Shown here: piece after piece, positions 25,501-39,480 of the stretch
Layout of the letters: each line of letters starts with the position of its first letter
Position numbering within the stretch: the stretch's first letter is position 1
Assembly (NCBI GenBank): GCA_002269645.1
Contig: NIVC01000275.1
Coordinates: forward strand, 124,001 to 188,000
From: Macrostomum lignano
Lineage: Eukaryota
DNA: 64,000 nucleotides
Direction: 5' to 3'
Position numbers and translations under genes: made by a program
The notes under the pieces: generated by a model
Told to the model about the DNA's origin: nothing
Seen by the model: only the letters and a program-made list of their open reading frames with translations
The model's database searches: none

Positions 25501-27776
25501 GGATTACGTCCCATGTTAGCATCATGCATTTGTGTGTGAAAAATGTTTTAGTCAATATATTTTGCTTAATTTTAAACACATTACAAAAAGGTTAATGATG
25601 TCTCAAAAGGTTAAAACGATTCCTAGGAACTTACAGAGCTATACTTAATTTTAAAGGCTTAAAATGTATAAAATGTATAACACCCCCATGGCTAGCTAGT
25701 TTTTAAAAATTTCAAGCATATAAAGGAAGCATTATAATTTTGATCTTGGCTTAGATTTAACTTTTTGGTCCAAAACAAAATTTTGGGCTAATTCCCCCTC
25801 TCTTACAAGAATAACTATATACTGATAGCATATGAATATCTGCCACAAAATTTCTTACATTTTGGTGCCATGTTGCACCATTGCAAAATTTATTATATCT
25901 AGTGCCATGCCACACTATGAATTGGTAATAAAAATTCAGGTTTGAAGTTGTTTTTTTGGCCTTTATTTTTTATGTTTAGTACTATATACTAGCTAGGGTA
26001 GGTGTTTGCCAGTATCCAGATTTTTTTTTATTTCCCCCAGGTAGGGTTACGAAGTTTAAATAGAGTAATTATCTTGGCAGTGGGGCCCAGTGAGTTTTCT
26101 TATCAGTTGGCTTTGGCACAATCATTAAAATTGGTGTGAAGTTTCTTGCTGCACACAGGCTAATAAAAAAATACAGTGAAAAACCTATTTAAAATAGTTT
26201 TTCAAATATTTAATCTATTTAGAAATGAGCTACAGCTTAATAAAAATACATGTACCATCCCAGGCACATTTGACATCTTTTGGCAAAAAACTGTGAAAAT
26301 TGGTTGAGCCATTTGGGAGATAATTGATTGCATACAAATATACAAGATTTTCATTTCATAGAATACTAGACTAGAAGATTAGAAGCTTAATAGTAATATA
26401 AGCCTTTAAGTCTTTATAGAGCTTTAAAAAGTTGTTTAGAAATTAGCAAGTGCATTTTACATTTAGATATTTTAATTTTCTCTTTTTATAGCATCTTGAC
26501 ATTGTTATTTTAGTGTAACACAATTTAAAACTAAAAGTTTGCCTTTGCCAAAGTTTTTCTAGTGCCACAATTTAGCAATATATGTCTGTTGCATAATACT
26601 TATAGCAATACCTCTATAAGATTTAAAATTGAATTACAATAAGGACTTTTGGCCTTTGGCCTTTCCTAATTAAGAAAAATCTTAGATTCTACTATTGATG
26701 CTTTATACTCAAAAGGTAGATTTCACCAATTATTTTAGTATTGTAAAACAAGTGAAGTTTGAGATTGCAAGGAAAACCAACTTGGCGCTTAGGCCTAACA
26801 ATCCATATATTTTATAAGCCAAAGATTGAGGTGGGGTTTGGGTATTGCACACACATGGGTACAACCGCATGTTGCAAACAACTACCCCCCATACGCAAGC
26901 ATGTACAAATAGGACTACGAATAACATTAGAATATTTAGGTGCATAGAATGCTCACAGTATAAATTAGTTATTTTTCTAGTATATGCACTTGACATAAAA
27001 GAAAAATGAGGGCCTGCAACTTAGTGCAATTGGTATAAAAACTATGTAGTTAGATATATATATTAATTTGCAATAATATAAGAATTTTACTAATTTTATT
27101 ACAAATTCTTATCTTTATATTTTTAGAAATCTTTTTGTTATAGTTATATTACCTTTAAGACAATCATTAATTTTAATAGGCCCTATGAATTTAAAAGATT
27201 GCTTAGACTTTGAATTCAATTCTCTGTTTGCTATTTGCTATTCACTAGAAGCTAGGACCTATTATTATTAATATACAAATAAATCATTTTTTAATTATAA
27301 AGTTAATAAACTATTCTTTCAACTGTTTTTAGGATATGGCAACTCTAAGTGCAAGTGTATAATGCAAAGAGTACATTTTTGATGCATGGTGCATATGCAT
27401 GAGGAAAAAACAGGGGGCATTTCTTCTAGAAGTTCTAGCACACTGCACACATAGTACCCTTTTTTGACATCTATGGCTAATGTTATCAAACAATAGTTTC
27501 ATATTACAAAACATTAAAAGTAAAAAAATATTATCATAAAACAAAATAACAAAATAAGATACTACTACTTCTTATTTAATTCCAATGAGACTTTAGAGAT
27601 GTGCACCTGTGTTATGCTTTCTAGAAAACTTACCATGGAGCATAAAATTCCACAAGAGCAATTTCAAGGTCCTTAATTCGGGAATCAAAATTAGCATCTG
27701 TGAACTCCAGAACATCTGAAGCCAAAGTGGTAGAAGCTAGGGCTACAAAAATCAAAATTGAAAAAGATCGAACCAT
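22521..27776 (-). CDS. PDIA3: Protein disulfide-isomerase A3 (ERp57). Exons 27776-27634, 25379-24825, 24167-23868, 22995-22521 (490 aa)
   Basis: Signal peptide [19 protein letters not shown] then [13 protein letters not shown]...VEFYAPW|CGHCKRLAP; second WCGHCK site; [25 protein letters not shown] (ERp57 b' signature); LKSEP; basic C-tail ending KQDL. All introns are phase 2 GT-AG; total 1473 nt, no frameshift. Confidence 0.96.
23685..23845. repeat. 21-bp minisatellite GGG(C/A)AAGGAG(C/G)CTGGGCGAT(A/G), PDIA3 intron 3
   Basis: About 7 tandem units. Confidence 0.85.
24215..24770. repeat. 20-bp minisatellite AAAGCTCAAAACTTCCC(A/C)AC, PDIA3 intron 2
   Basis: About 27 tandem units. Confidence 0.95.
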
Positions 27777-27925
27777 TTTACTTTCGTAATTTTCTCAACT
27801 TTAGAACAATTTTGTTCGCAACTCCTGATAACTTAATTAAGGTTAAATAATTTAGAAAAAATGTGTCAAAATATAGACTGCGATTTGTAACACGCGTAAG
27901 AACCGTATTCAAATATAGCGGCAAA

Positions 27926-27944
27926 AATGGCATCGTCTGATTGG
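27926..27944 (-). promoter_or_regulatory. CCAAT box with ERSE-like spacing (CCAAT-N9-CCATT) about 150 bp upstream of the PDIA3 ATG
   Basis: Minus strand reads CCAAT CAGACGATG CCATT; canonical ERSE is CCAAT-N9-CCACG. An ETS-type CCGGAAGT lies at about 28118-28125. Confidence 0.3.
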
Positions 27945-29354
27945 CTGGCGTTCTGAGCAACAAATATGGTATAACACAGACTTTAATTTGAATTTTAATA
28001 ACTTTGATTTGATGAAGTAAAATCGTCTGTTTTTTTAAAAACGCTTATGTTTATTCTTATTCATTGTTTATTTTGCATCTATTAATTTATATAGTCTTGT
28101 AATTTATCTATATGACATCCGGAAGTAGATATTGGATTTCGTAATGTTGAGAGGAACCAATTTTTTAGCTAGTACCCCATGCACAGGGAGTCAGGGACTA
28201 TTAAGTAATAGGGATAGAAAAATAAAAAAAATTGGAGGCCGATCTATTAATAACTCAGTCCTCAAACACAATGCTTATATAAGGGTTTTACCTTGTAACA
28301 TTAGTCAGTGGTTTGTGTCTCACACAAACGGCGGGATTGCGTTAATAACTTATGTGTGTGTGCATTGCGTCAAGGACTGCTTAAGTTAAAGGGTAGGAAA
28401 CTGTGTTTCTTGAAAATTCTTAAAGCAGGTTTACGAAAACATACATTACGGAGTGGACGCTGTCATGTTTTTTTCAGCACAAAATGCATTGTAGAGACGG
28501 ACAAAAAATTATAATTTTTTATATGCATGTCTCATCATTCCAATGGCTCTATTGATTCATAAAGCTTTTCGTATAGAAAATTAGGATACTTTTTAATTGT
28601 GTAACCCCACGTACATGACTTGTGCATAAAATAAAAAATGGCACAGCTCCACTCATTATTTAAATGAATCTATTTTATCATTCGATCATGCGCAGTTTCA
28701 CATTCTGTTACCTAGTCAGCAAAGAATTTAGTGGTATTTAATTTTACTGTTTTTTGTGAGCAGTAAAATTTGCGTTTTTGCGACAAAGCCCTCAAAACGT
28801 CCAAAAGCTCTCATTTTCCGCATTGTAGAAAATGCTGCCAAGCCATCCCAAAAAGTAATTCCTGGTTATACTGATCCAGGTTATCCCATGTTTAGTAATC
28901 GACGCGAGGCCAGGATATTCGGTGAATAAGAAGCTACTAGCTATACCCCCACTAGTAGGGCATCGAATGCGATTTATATACTTGAGAGCTAAGGGTTCGC
29001 TCAGAGATCGAGTAACATGCACTACTTGAGTAATTGTGATTGTAAGACACATAGAAATACTCGTAGCTGACAATGGCGCAGCAGGTCGCATGTTTAAATA
29101 GAACACCAGGTGATCCCAAGTTATTCCAACAGCCTTATTTTTGGGTTCAGGGTTGCTTGATCAAATGCACCGGGACTGGTTGTTATTAGCTGCTCCGGTT
29201 ACTATAGCAACCCGAACCATACATCTTGTCACTTTAAAGCCAATCACCTCATGGTCCCCAACGTACATTTCATCCTCGGGAGGTTTCAGTGAGTCAAAAA
29301 ATCCTGATTATTTTTTTCAAAAAACTCAGGAGCCTGTCGTGGACACCCGACATT

Positions 29355-29619
<265 letters not shown>

Positions 29620-30295
29620 TGAAAGCATAGCGCTTTATCCACTACTCGAACAAGTAGCACAGCTGCATCAAACATCATTAGTATAAAAAAGCAGTGGTCT
29701 AATAAATCAATGATTGTCTGTCTCGGAAACTTCGAATCCAATTACACTGACACCTCGGGCAACCTCAGCGGACAGTCGGGGGGGGGGGGGGGTAAAGTTG
29801 CGCAAGCAGCAGCGCTCAAAAAGAAGATTGCCAATTTACTAAACCGCGGCCGGGCCCAGCTGGCCTCCTAAGCTCGAATTCGCACCTCAATCGCTCTGAT
29901 TGAGGCCTGTCACAAGCGATGAGGAGATTCTGCCCTGGCCTGGCCAGGTGATGCAACCTCGAAGTGGAGCTCGAGCCGGCTAAGAAATTAGTTTTTTTAG
30001 CTGGACATCTTCCCTGCTGGCCCGGACTGGGTTCCTCAATTAAACTGACGGTTGCGGACCCCCGCCGTGCCGCTTATCTCACAGTTGGCCATTCGGCCTA
30101 CTTAACAAAGACTGACTCAAATATAGATGGCGAAAAAATAGCTTAGTAAACAGACAGACATGTAAAATCTGTTCGGTATTCACTTTCTTGCACATTTGAA
30201 GGCATTCCATCCAAAGTATTTATCTTCATATAATCAACTTTTCGCTCTATTGTTTTAACGTTTGTTCTTTGCGGCTCTCAGCTCTCTTGGTTTCC

Positions 30296-31330
30296 TACTC
30301 CGCTCCCCTCTCCGCTTTTCTTTCCGCTCCCCTCTCCGCTCCCCTCTCCGCTTTTCTTTCCGCTCCCCTCCCCGCTCCCCTCGACACTTTTCTTTCCACT
30401 CCCCTCTCCGCTTCCCTTTCCGCCCCCTCTCCGCTCTTCTTTCCGCTCCCCTCTCCGCTTCCCTCTCCGCTCCCCTCTCCGCTTTTCTTTTCGCTTCCGT
30501 CTCCGCTCCCCTCTCCGCTCCCCTCTCCGCTCCCCTCTCCGCTTTTCTTTCCGCTCCCCTCTCCGCTTCCCTCTCCGCTTTTCTTTACGCTCCCCTCTCC
30601 GCTTTTCTTTCCGCTCCCCTCTCCGCTCCCCTCTCCGCTTTTCTTTCCGCTCCCCTCTCCGCTTTTCTTTCCGCTCCCCTCTCCGCTTTTCTTTCCGCTC
30701 CCCTCTCCGCTTCCCCTCTCCGCTTTTCTTTCCGCTCCCCTCTCCGCTTTTCTTTCCGCTCCCCTCTCCGCTTTTCTTTCCACTCCCCTCTCCGCTCCCC
30801 TCTCCGCTTTTCTTTCCACTCCCCTCTCCGCTCCCCTCTCCGCTTTTCTTTCCGCTCCCCTCTCCGCTCCCCTCTCCTCTCCCCTCTCCGCTCCCCTCTC
30901 CGCTTCCCTCTCCGCTTCCCTCTCCGCTCCCCTCTCCGCTCCCCTCTCCGCTTTTCTTTCTGCTCCCCTCTCCGCTCCCCTCTCCGCTCCCCTTTCCGCT
31001 CCCCTCTCCGCTTTTCTTTCCGCTCCCCTCTCCTCTCCCCTCTCCGCTCCCCTCTCCGCTTCCCTCTCCGCTCCCCTCTCCGCTCCCCTCTCCGCTTTTA
31101 TTTCCGCTCTCTCTCCGCTCCCCCTCCGCTCCCTCTTCACTTCCTTCTCCGCTCCCTCTCCGCTTCCCTCTCCGCTCCCCTCTCCGCTCCCCTCTCCGCT
31201 CCCTTTCCGCTCCCTTCTTCGCTCCCCTCTCCGCTCCCCTCTCCGCTTCCCTTTCCGCTCCCCTCTCCGCTCCCCTCTCCGCTCCCCTCTCCGCTCCCCT
31301 CTCCGCTCCCTTTCCGCTCCCTTCTTCGCG
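30296..31330. repeat. 12-bp minisatellite CCGCTCCCCTCT / CCGCTTTTCTTT
   Basis: Two interleaved 12-mer variants. Confidence 0.95.
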
Positions 31331-31699
31331 CCAATTCCCTCCGCACTCTGCCATCGGCCTCCTATCGTTATCGCAAAGCCGAAATCGCTGAGCCACCCGC
31401 CAGAGCAGCCGTCCCACCCAGAGGCCAGGCAGGGTAGCGATGGCCAGCAGGTGCTAATTAGGGTCACCCGATGCTCAAACGCTCACCTGTGGCGCTGCGT
31501 TGCGTAGCGGTGTTGCGTTTATCGCATCTGACCCTAAACCCGAGCGCAGAAGTTGCCAACTCCGCCCCCACCCCAATAGATCCAGTTGACCCATATTCAA
31601 ATTCATATCGGAAAATTTCATAAATTAGCGAGTTGCGCGACCCAACACTGTGGGATCAACGGCGGCGATAGCTGCCCAGTCGAGGCAGGTTAATCAGAA

Positions 31700-31707
31700 T
31701 GACGTCA
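31700..31707. promoter_or_regulatory. Perfect CRE palindrome TGACGTCA about 2 kb upstream of the bZIP gene
   Basis: Exact motif in a CpG-rich unique segment; function untested. Confidence 0.25.
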
Positions 31708-31999
31708 CGGATGCGACTACCAGCATTTTTTTACGGCTAAACCATTTATTTTAGAACATGTCCATTGCGCCCAAGATTGACGCTTTACTTCCTTGTTCAT
31801 CAATTAAATATCTCAACTCCAGATCTGACAGCAAATTGATAAAAAGACCGGAACTGGCGGTTGACGCAATCGGGACCGGCAGCCAAAATTGGAGCGCAAA
31901 GTCACCGTTTTTATGTTAAAGCAAAATTCATCTCTGGCACATCTCTACTTTGTGAGGGAGCTTCTCTGGTCCGCTGCATCACCTAGCTTTTCCCACAGT

Positions 32000-32960
<961 letters not shown>

Positions 32961-33776
32961 ACAATCTGTTTTGTTCTTTTCCCGCCGCCTTTCGCAGCCT
33001 CCATCGCCCCGCACTTTTTGAAACACCGAACTGCTTCACTGCCGGTCATCAATATAAAAAAGGATGTTGAAGATGAGTTCAGGCCCGAGAAGGAGACAGA
33101 GGGGGACGGAGGTGCGAGAACACGCGAAAATCCCCGGAGGGAAGATCAGTGGTGGGTCATTGGAAATCCGCAGGACCCCCAACCCCCCAGCCAGGGACCC
33201 CCCGCAGCGCGGTCTTCTTCCCACCCACCCCTTCACCTCCTTGGCCGGCGATTTTCACCTCGGCCGCAGCGACTTAGCTCATTGCGCAACACTACATTTC
33301 GCAACCTCCTCTCCCCCCCCCCGGAGAGCCAATGGCACGCAGGGCGCCTTCTCATCGCGCCTTGTCACGGGACAGCCCGACCGACCTCCCATCCTGACCC
33401 CGGGGACCCTTTTTGCCACAGGGCGGGCAGGGGGTGGTAGCCCGGCTCCGGGGGTAGAAGGCCGCAGCGACCCTTTAAAGAAGGTCGACCCCCAGACCGG
33501 AGGGATTACGAAGTTCGCGAGACGGACGCGACCCTCATAGAAGCAGCCGGGGCAATTGGCATTGTTATTGCGCACTCCAGCGAGAAACAACAATACAGAA
33601 TAGAGAACAAAAGCTTGTGCAAAAAAGCAGAAGAAGAATTGCGCCAGAATCTCTGCGTCAGGAATGTTCGGTGAGTACCTGAGCTTGCATCAATATTCGT
33701 TAAAGTAACTATTCACTCGTATGAGTGCATGTAACTAAAAGGTCTGCGCAACTCAAAACCTCTCGCAGGCTCGACA

Positions 33777-35057
33777 ATGCAGATGACGGGCAGCTACTCA
33801 ATTGATTTCGACTTGCTAGCCGAACCGGCTCAGAAACAACAGCTTCATCAGCAGCTTCAGCTTCCTCATCAGCCACAGCTGCAGTTTCACCAGCCGCTGC
33901 AACAGCAGCAGCAGCATGCGGCTGTGCCCTCGTCCTACAGCCTGACTCAGCCGGTGTTTCCATCTGTAGATTCGCATCACGGACAGAGTGTCCACCAGCA
34001 GCAGCAACATCTGCAGCAACAGCAGCAGCACCTTCAGCACCACCAGCAGCAGCAGCAGTTCCAACCCGCGCTGCCAGTCGCATTCCATCAATACGCTGCC
34101 AGAGGCGCCCCGCATCCGGGCTTTGTTGGTCATCACCTGGACAGCCTCTACGCCATCGCCCAGCCTCCCGCCTCTCTCAGCGTCGACCTGCAGCAGCAGC
34201 AGCAGCAGCAACAGCAGGCGCTGCCGCCGCAATCCCATCACCTGCTTGTGAGCCATCACCCTCAGCACCTGATGCAGCACCAGCAGCATCTGTACCAGCA
34301 GCAGCAACAGCAACAGCATCAGCAGCAGTGCTCCATCATCCAACAGACCTCCGTTGAGACCGACGCCTGCGACGCTGACAGCGACTCAGCCGACGATTCC
34401 GTCTCTGCCACCGCCGCCGCGGCCGCCAACGGGTCCTCGGGCCGCTCGGCGTCCTCCCGCCGTCCGGGCAGCCGGGTCCCGGACGACCTGAAGTCCGATG
34501 CCTACTGGAAGCGCCGAGTGCGCAACAACCTGTCCGCCAAGAAGTCGCGCGAGAAAAAGCGCATCGACGAGCGTCAGCTGGCGCGGCAGTTCAGCCAGCT
34601 CAGCGAGGAGGTGTACGCCGACCTGCTGGTGTACTGCGCTCTGCAACGCTGCCGCGACCTTCTTGGCGCCAATCGGCGAGGCTCCATGGAGCGTCCGGCC
34701 GCCTACCTGGAGGAGGTGAACCGGCTGCTGTACTACGAAGGTATCTGCTACGGCCTCCGGGAAGCCTTCCGCAACAAGGGCCTCCCGATGCGAGCCCTGC
34801 TGCCCTGGCGACAGGCCTGCGAGGACCTCAACGCATGGACTGACCGGCGGTTCATCGCCTTCGTTGGCGAGCAGTCAGCGGCTGCTGCGGGACAGGCAGC
34901 CGATGAAGCTGCGCCGCTGGAGCAGCTGAGCTCCCAGCAGCAGCAGCAGCAGCACCAGACATCCGCCTACTTCAGCGTCAGCTCCCAGATGCTGTCGGGT
35001 GAGCAGCAGCAGCAGCGACAGCACAAGTACAGCCCAGCCTCCGCCGCCGCCTACTGA
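33777..35057 (+). CDS. Q/H-rich bZIP transcription factor with a PAR/NFIL3/Giant-type basic region (426 aa, one coding exon; probable 5'UTR intron 33671-33741)
   Basis: VPDDLKSDAYWKRRVRNNLSAKKSREKKR matches the PAR-bZIP basic region pattern (KDxxYWxRRxxNNxAAKxSR). Long open, GC3-rich, non-repetitive frame; GTGAGT...AG just upstream of the ATG. Confidence 0.85.
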   Translation: MQMTGSYSIDFDLLAEPAQKQQLHQQLQLPHQPQLQFHQPLQQQQQHAAVPSSYSLTQPVFPSVDSHHGQSVHQQQQHLQQQQQHLQHHQQQQQFQPALPVAFHQYAARGAPHPGFVGHHLDSLYAIAQPPASLSVDLQQQQQQQQQALPPQSHHLLVSHHPQHLMQHQQHLYQQQQQQQHQQQCSIIQQTSVETDACDADSDSADDSVSATAAAAANGSSGRSASSRRPGSRVPDDLKSDAYWKRRVRNNLSAKKSREKKRIDERQLARQFSQLSEEVYADLLVYCALQRCRDLLGANRRGSMERPAAYLEEVNRLLYYEGICYGLREAFRNKGLPMRALLPWRQACEDLNAWTDRRFIAFVGEQSAAAAGQAADEAAPLEQLSSQQQQQQHQTSAYFSVSSQMLSGEQQQQRQHKYSPASAAAY

Positions 35058-35409
35058 CGCAACCGGAGAGGCCAAAATTTTATCCGCAAATAATTTTAAA
35101 TTTATTTTTTTAACAGTTTTTTCCAGTCTAATTTGCGCTGCTAGAAGAAGAAAATTGTATCATATTTTTGTATCAATCTACAATTGAATTAACAGTTAAT
35201 TAAGTCCGCATATTCCATGTCCGATCTGCACTGAAGCTGCTTAACGCCTGTACTTTTTAGCATGCACTTTATTGAAATCTTTGTTACAGTGAACAAATAT
35301 AAAATACAAAATGCTTTTCTTTGTTTAGTTTTGTTTCAATGAAAATTATAATTTAAATACGCCGAACTGTTCAGAGTCGAGTTATTTTTTACCAAAATGC
35401 CAGACAGGC

Positions 35410-35700
35410 TGATCCCAGTCCCTGATCCTTCAGTCCCTGATCCTTCAGTTCCTGATCCTTCAGTCCCTGATCCTTCAGTCCCTGATCCTTCAGTCCCTGA
35501 TCCTTCAGTCCCTGATCATTCAGTCCCTGATCCTTCAGTCCCTGATCCTTCAGTCCCTGATCCTTCAGTCCCTGATCCTTCAGTCCCTGATCCTTCAGTC
35601 CCTGATCCTTCAGTCCCTGATCCTTCAGTCCCTGATCCTTCAGTCCCTGATACTTCAGTCCCTGATCCTTCAGTCCCTGATCCCAGTCCCTGATCCCAGT
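35410..35700. repeat. 15-bp minisatellite CCTGATCCTTCAGTC
   Basis: About 19 near-perfect units. Confidence 0.95.
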
Positions 35701-35974
35701 TTCTAAGTTCTATCCTAAATCCCTCATTCGAAATCCCAATTCATGATCTTCAAATCCTCATTTCCATATCTAAATTCCAGATCCCAGTCCCCTACTCGGC
35801 ATTTTGCCTAATGTTGCCAGTTCCGGTTGAGCAGTGAGGCACTGAAGTGCCTGGACTCCGCAGCCTGTTTACTGTTTAAGCAAACACGGATTTGTTAGTT
35901 TAGAATTGGACAAAAACCCAAAGACAAAGACTTTGAAGCAAAACAGTGAAACACCTTTTTAAGTCTGCTTTTTA

Positions 35975-36192
35975 GCCAACAGAAAGAAGAGGCAGAGGTT
36001 GGCGGTGGAAGCTTTTATTTGATTTGAGTGACCCCTCACTCTCCACTCCAGTCGCGCATCCCATTGAAGCAGCTGGACAGCTCCCATCTAGGTAAGAGGG
36101 AGGAGCCCCAATGAGCGGGTGAGGTTCAAGTGGCGCCACTTCACCATGGGCACTGATTTCTGAGCAGAGCTTCTCAACTAACTGAGCCACTC
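35975..36192 (-). mobile_element. Degenerate tRNA-derived SINE (tentative)
   Basis: Minus strand has A-box-like GTGGCTCAGTTAG (36190 downward), weak B-box CTTGAACC, and CORE-like TCCAGCTGCTTCAATGGG. Confidence 0.4.
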
Positions 36193-36779
36193 GAGTTTTG
36201 CTACATGCTCATCAGCTCTTCACACAGGCTGAGCATCTGGACTCAACAAGCAACACTGGGGTTCGAACTTCGGCCCCCCCAACTCTCGCCATCTGTTTTA
36301 GTGCAAGCAGCACAGGTTGATGGGAGGACAGAGTTGACAGGAGGGGCAGTTTTCGGGTCTATCGGCATTTCCCAACAATTTTCTTAACTTTCCGATCCCA
36401 CGAGTTTGGGATTTGTTGCGTGACGGGCGAAAAGGGGGGGGGGTGAAGGGCGAAAATTCCCTTCTGTCAAGCTCGGGTGGAAAAAGGTTGTTGGTTGTTT
36501 GATTGCGTCAGAGCGCAGTGGCGCAACCTGCCCTTCTTCTCCTTCGGCCCCCCCCTCTGGCTTTGCTTTTTTATTTAATTCCGTATAATTTGACGCACTG
36601 GGTTCCCCTTTTCCCCATTCAAAGTTTAAACTTTCGGCTATTCCAGCCCACTGAAGCGCCTGGCTTGTCTCTCCTTTTCGATTCGTCTTATTGTTGGCAT
36701 TGTGGACTGGATTTAACTCTGAGTCACCGCCTGCGGAAGTGGATGAGCTATTACAGTCGGTTTAGTCCATTCGGTCGCT

Positions 36780-37060
36780 CTCAGCCACTTTCACTCACTC
36801 TAAGTCACTCTCAGTCACTTTAAGTCTCTCTCAGTCACTCTCAGTCACTCTTAGTCACTCTCAGTCGCTCTCAGTCACTCTCAGTCACTCTTAGTCGCTC
36901 TCAGTCACTCTCAGTCGCTCTCAGTCACTCTCAGTCACTCTCAATCACTTTCACTCACTCTAAGTCACTCTCAGTCACTTTCAGTCATTCTCAATCATTT
37001 CAGTCACTCTCAGCCATTTTTAGTCACTCTCAGCCACCCACACTCACTCTCAGTCACTCC
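36780..37060. repeat. 10-bp repeat TCAGTCACTC
   Basis: Tandem imperfect units. Confidence 0.85.
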
Positions 37061-38003
37061 CAGGCACTCTCATTTTATCAAATAGTCATTCTCACTCAGG
37101 TTCACCTTCAATAACATCCAGTCGCATTCAGCCAGCTTGTGAGTATTCCATTGTGTATCCTTGGCCGCGATAATAGCCAAGTATGAAATGAATAATTGTT
37201 ACAAAATTGGCACAGGGGCAAACAAAGAACAAACTTTTATCTAAAACCAACAATGAATAACCGCACGTTGGCTGCAAACCCGAAGCATTGAATCAGCTCT
37301 GACTCCTGATAATAGCCCGATTAACTGCAATTATCAAAATTGAATTGAGGCGTGAAGTCTCACCTTGCACCTCTGGGCATGGCCCCTATTGTTCGGAGTC
37401 ATATCATTTATTATTATTGCTATTATTGAAAGATAAACAGCAGGTCAAAGTGAGGAAAGCGCTAATACCTTTGATATTTCGTTGAGGTGGGTTGGTGACA
37501 CAAGAAGGATATTGAAAGCGACACATCCGTCTTGGTTACAATCCCCCCACCCCCGAGGTTCTAATCTGAAGTGACATCTCCTGCGGGGTGCAGTGTGCAC
37601 GTCAGGGGTTCCCAAATTGCATCACGACTGTCCCGGCGACCCCTACAGGCAGTTTTATCGCCTGCTTATCTCCGGAGTTGGGGGGGGGGGGTTGGGTGGC
37701 AATGGATGACTGACCGAGTCTTATCAAAGCCAACTCTGCCTACTGTGTCAGGAGCTGCCGACCAACGCTGGTTCAGGCCGGCTTAGCAACACCAACTTCT
37801 GGTGGATGTATTTGCTTCACTGATTTATTCATGAGGCTGACTTGAAGCAAAAGAGGCATTGTCAAGCAGGTTGGTGATGACCCAACAGCAGGTGTTTAGA
37901 AAAAATGTCAAGGCTTTTTTTCCTTTTTTTAGTTTGTAGTCAAAGTGTCAGCACTTAAGTCAGCAATTGTGAAACCACCTGACTGAGGAGGGGGGGGGAG
38001 AAT

Positions 38004-38310
38004 AAAGTGCGCGCTTATGATACTGCGCGCTTATAACACTGCGCGCTTATGACACTGCGCGCTTATGACACTGCGCGATTATGACACTGCGCACTTATGA
38101 CACTGCGCGGTTATGACACTGCGCGGTTATGACACTGCGCGGTTATGACACTGCGCACTTATGACACTGCGCACTTATGACACTGCGCGGTTATGACACT
38201 GCGCGCTTATGACACTGCGGGCTTATGACACTGCGCGGTTATGACACTGCGCGCTTATGACACTGCGTGCTTATAAAACCGGCGTGTTGATGACACTTCG
38301 CGCTTACGAA
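38004..38310. repeat. 16-bp minisatellite TTATGACACTGCGC(G/A)(C/G)
   Basis: About 18 units. Confidence 0.93.
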
Positions 38311-38949
38311 CAGGCGTGCTGATGTATTCGAGTCACGCGGCGATGCAGTGCGGCCAAGAACGATCAAGCTAACATCGCACCAAGCAACATCAAAGCCACG
38401 AAAGTTTTACTTCGAAGATCAGCTAGAATTCTAAGAAACTGAATTCCGGGAAAAGTCGAATTGCGATAAAAATTCGCGCCAGGACTCGCTGACCCAGCCG
38501 CGTAGCAACAAGTGAGAGAATATTGTTTAGCTTTGTGGCACGGTTGTTGAGAAAATGTGGAGCTGCGTGGCGCAATGCTGTGGAAGTCAACATTGAGAGC
38601 AGAGCTCAAGCATATCAGGGAGAAGAAAGTTACTCAACACGTTTGAAGCTTTTAAGTGCAATCTATTGGCCAAACATTCAGCGAAAACATTTCCCGAAAC
38701 CTAAATAAATGGGAATATTGAGGGCGTTGCGCCAGAGACATGGGAGATTAAGGCGTGATCAGTCCGCACCCAGAGATGGTGGCGCTGCGTCACCCACCGC
38801 GGTCTCCAGGCTTATAATGGCCGCACAGCCCGAGCTGGAGAGCTTTCGGTGTCTCCTCGTTTTGCACGACTTTTGGCAACTACGAAGCACACTTACACAA
38901 TAGGGGTTGTTTGCTGTGGCAACGAACGACTCACTGTTTGCTTTGGCAG

Positions 38950-39480
<531 letters not shown>

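Noticed and set aside
28792-29106. 104-aa ORF as PDIA3 exon 1
   Set aside because: No thioredoxin or signal-peptide match; the true exon 1 is 27776-27634.
35397-35693. (VPDPS)n protein
   Set aside because: A 15-bp repeat read in a stop-free frame; no splice or codon support.
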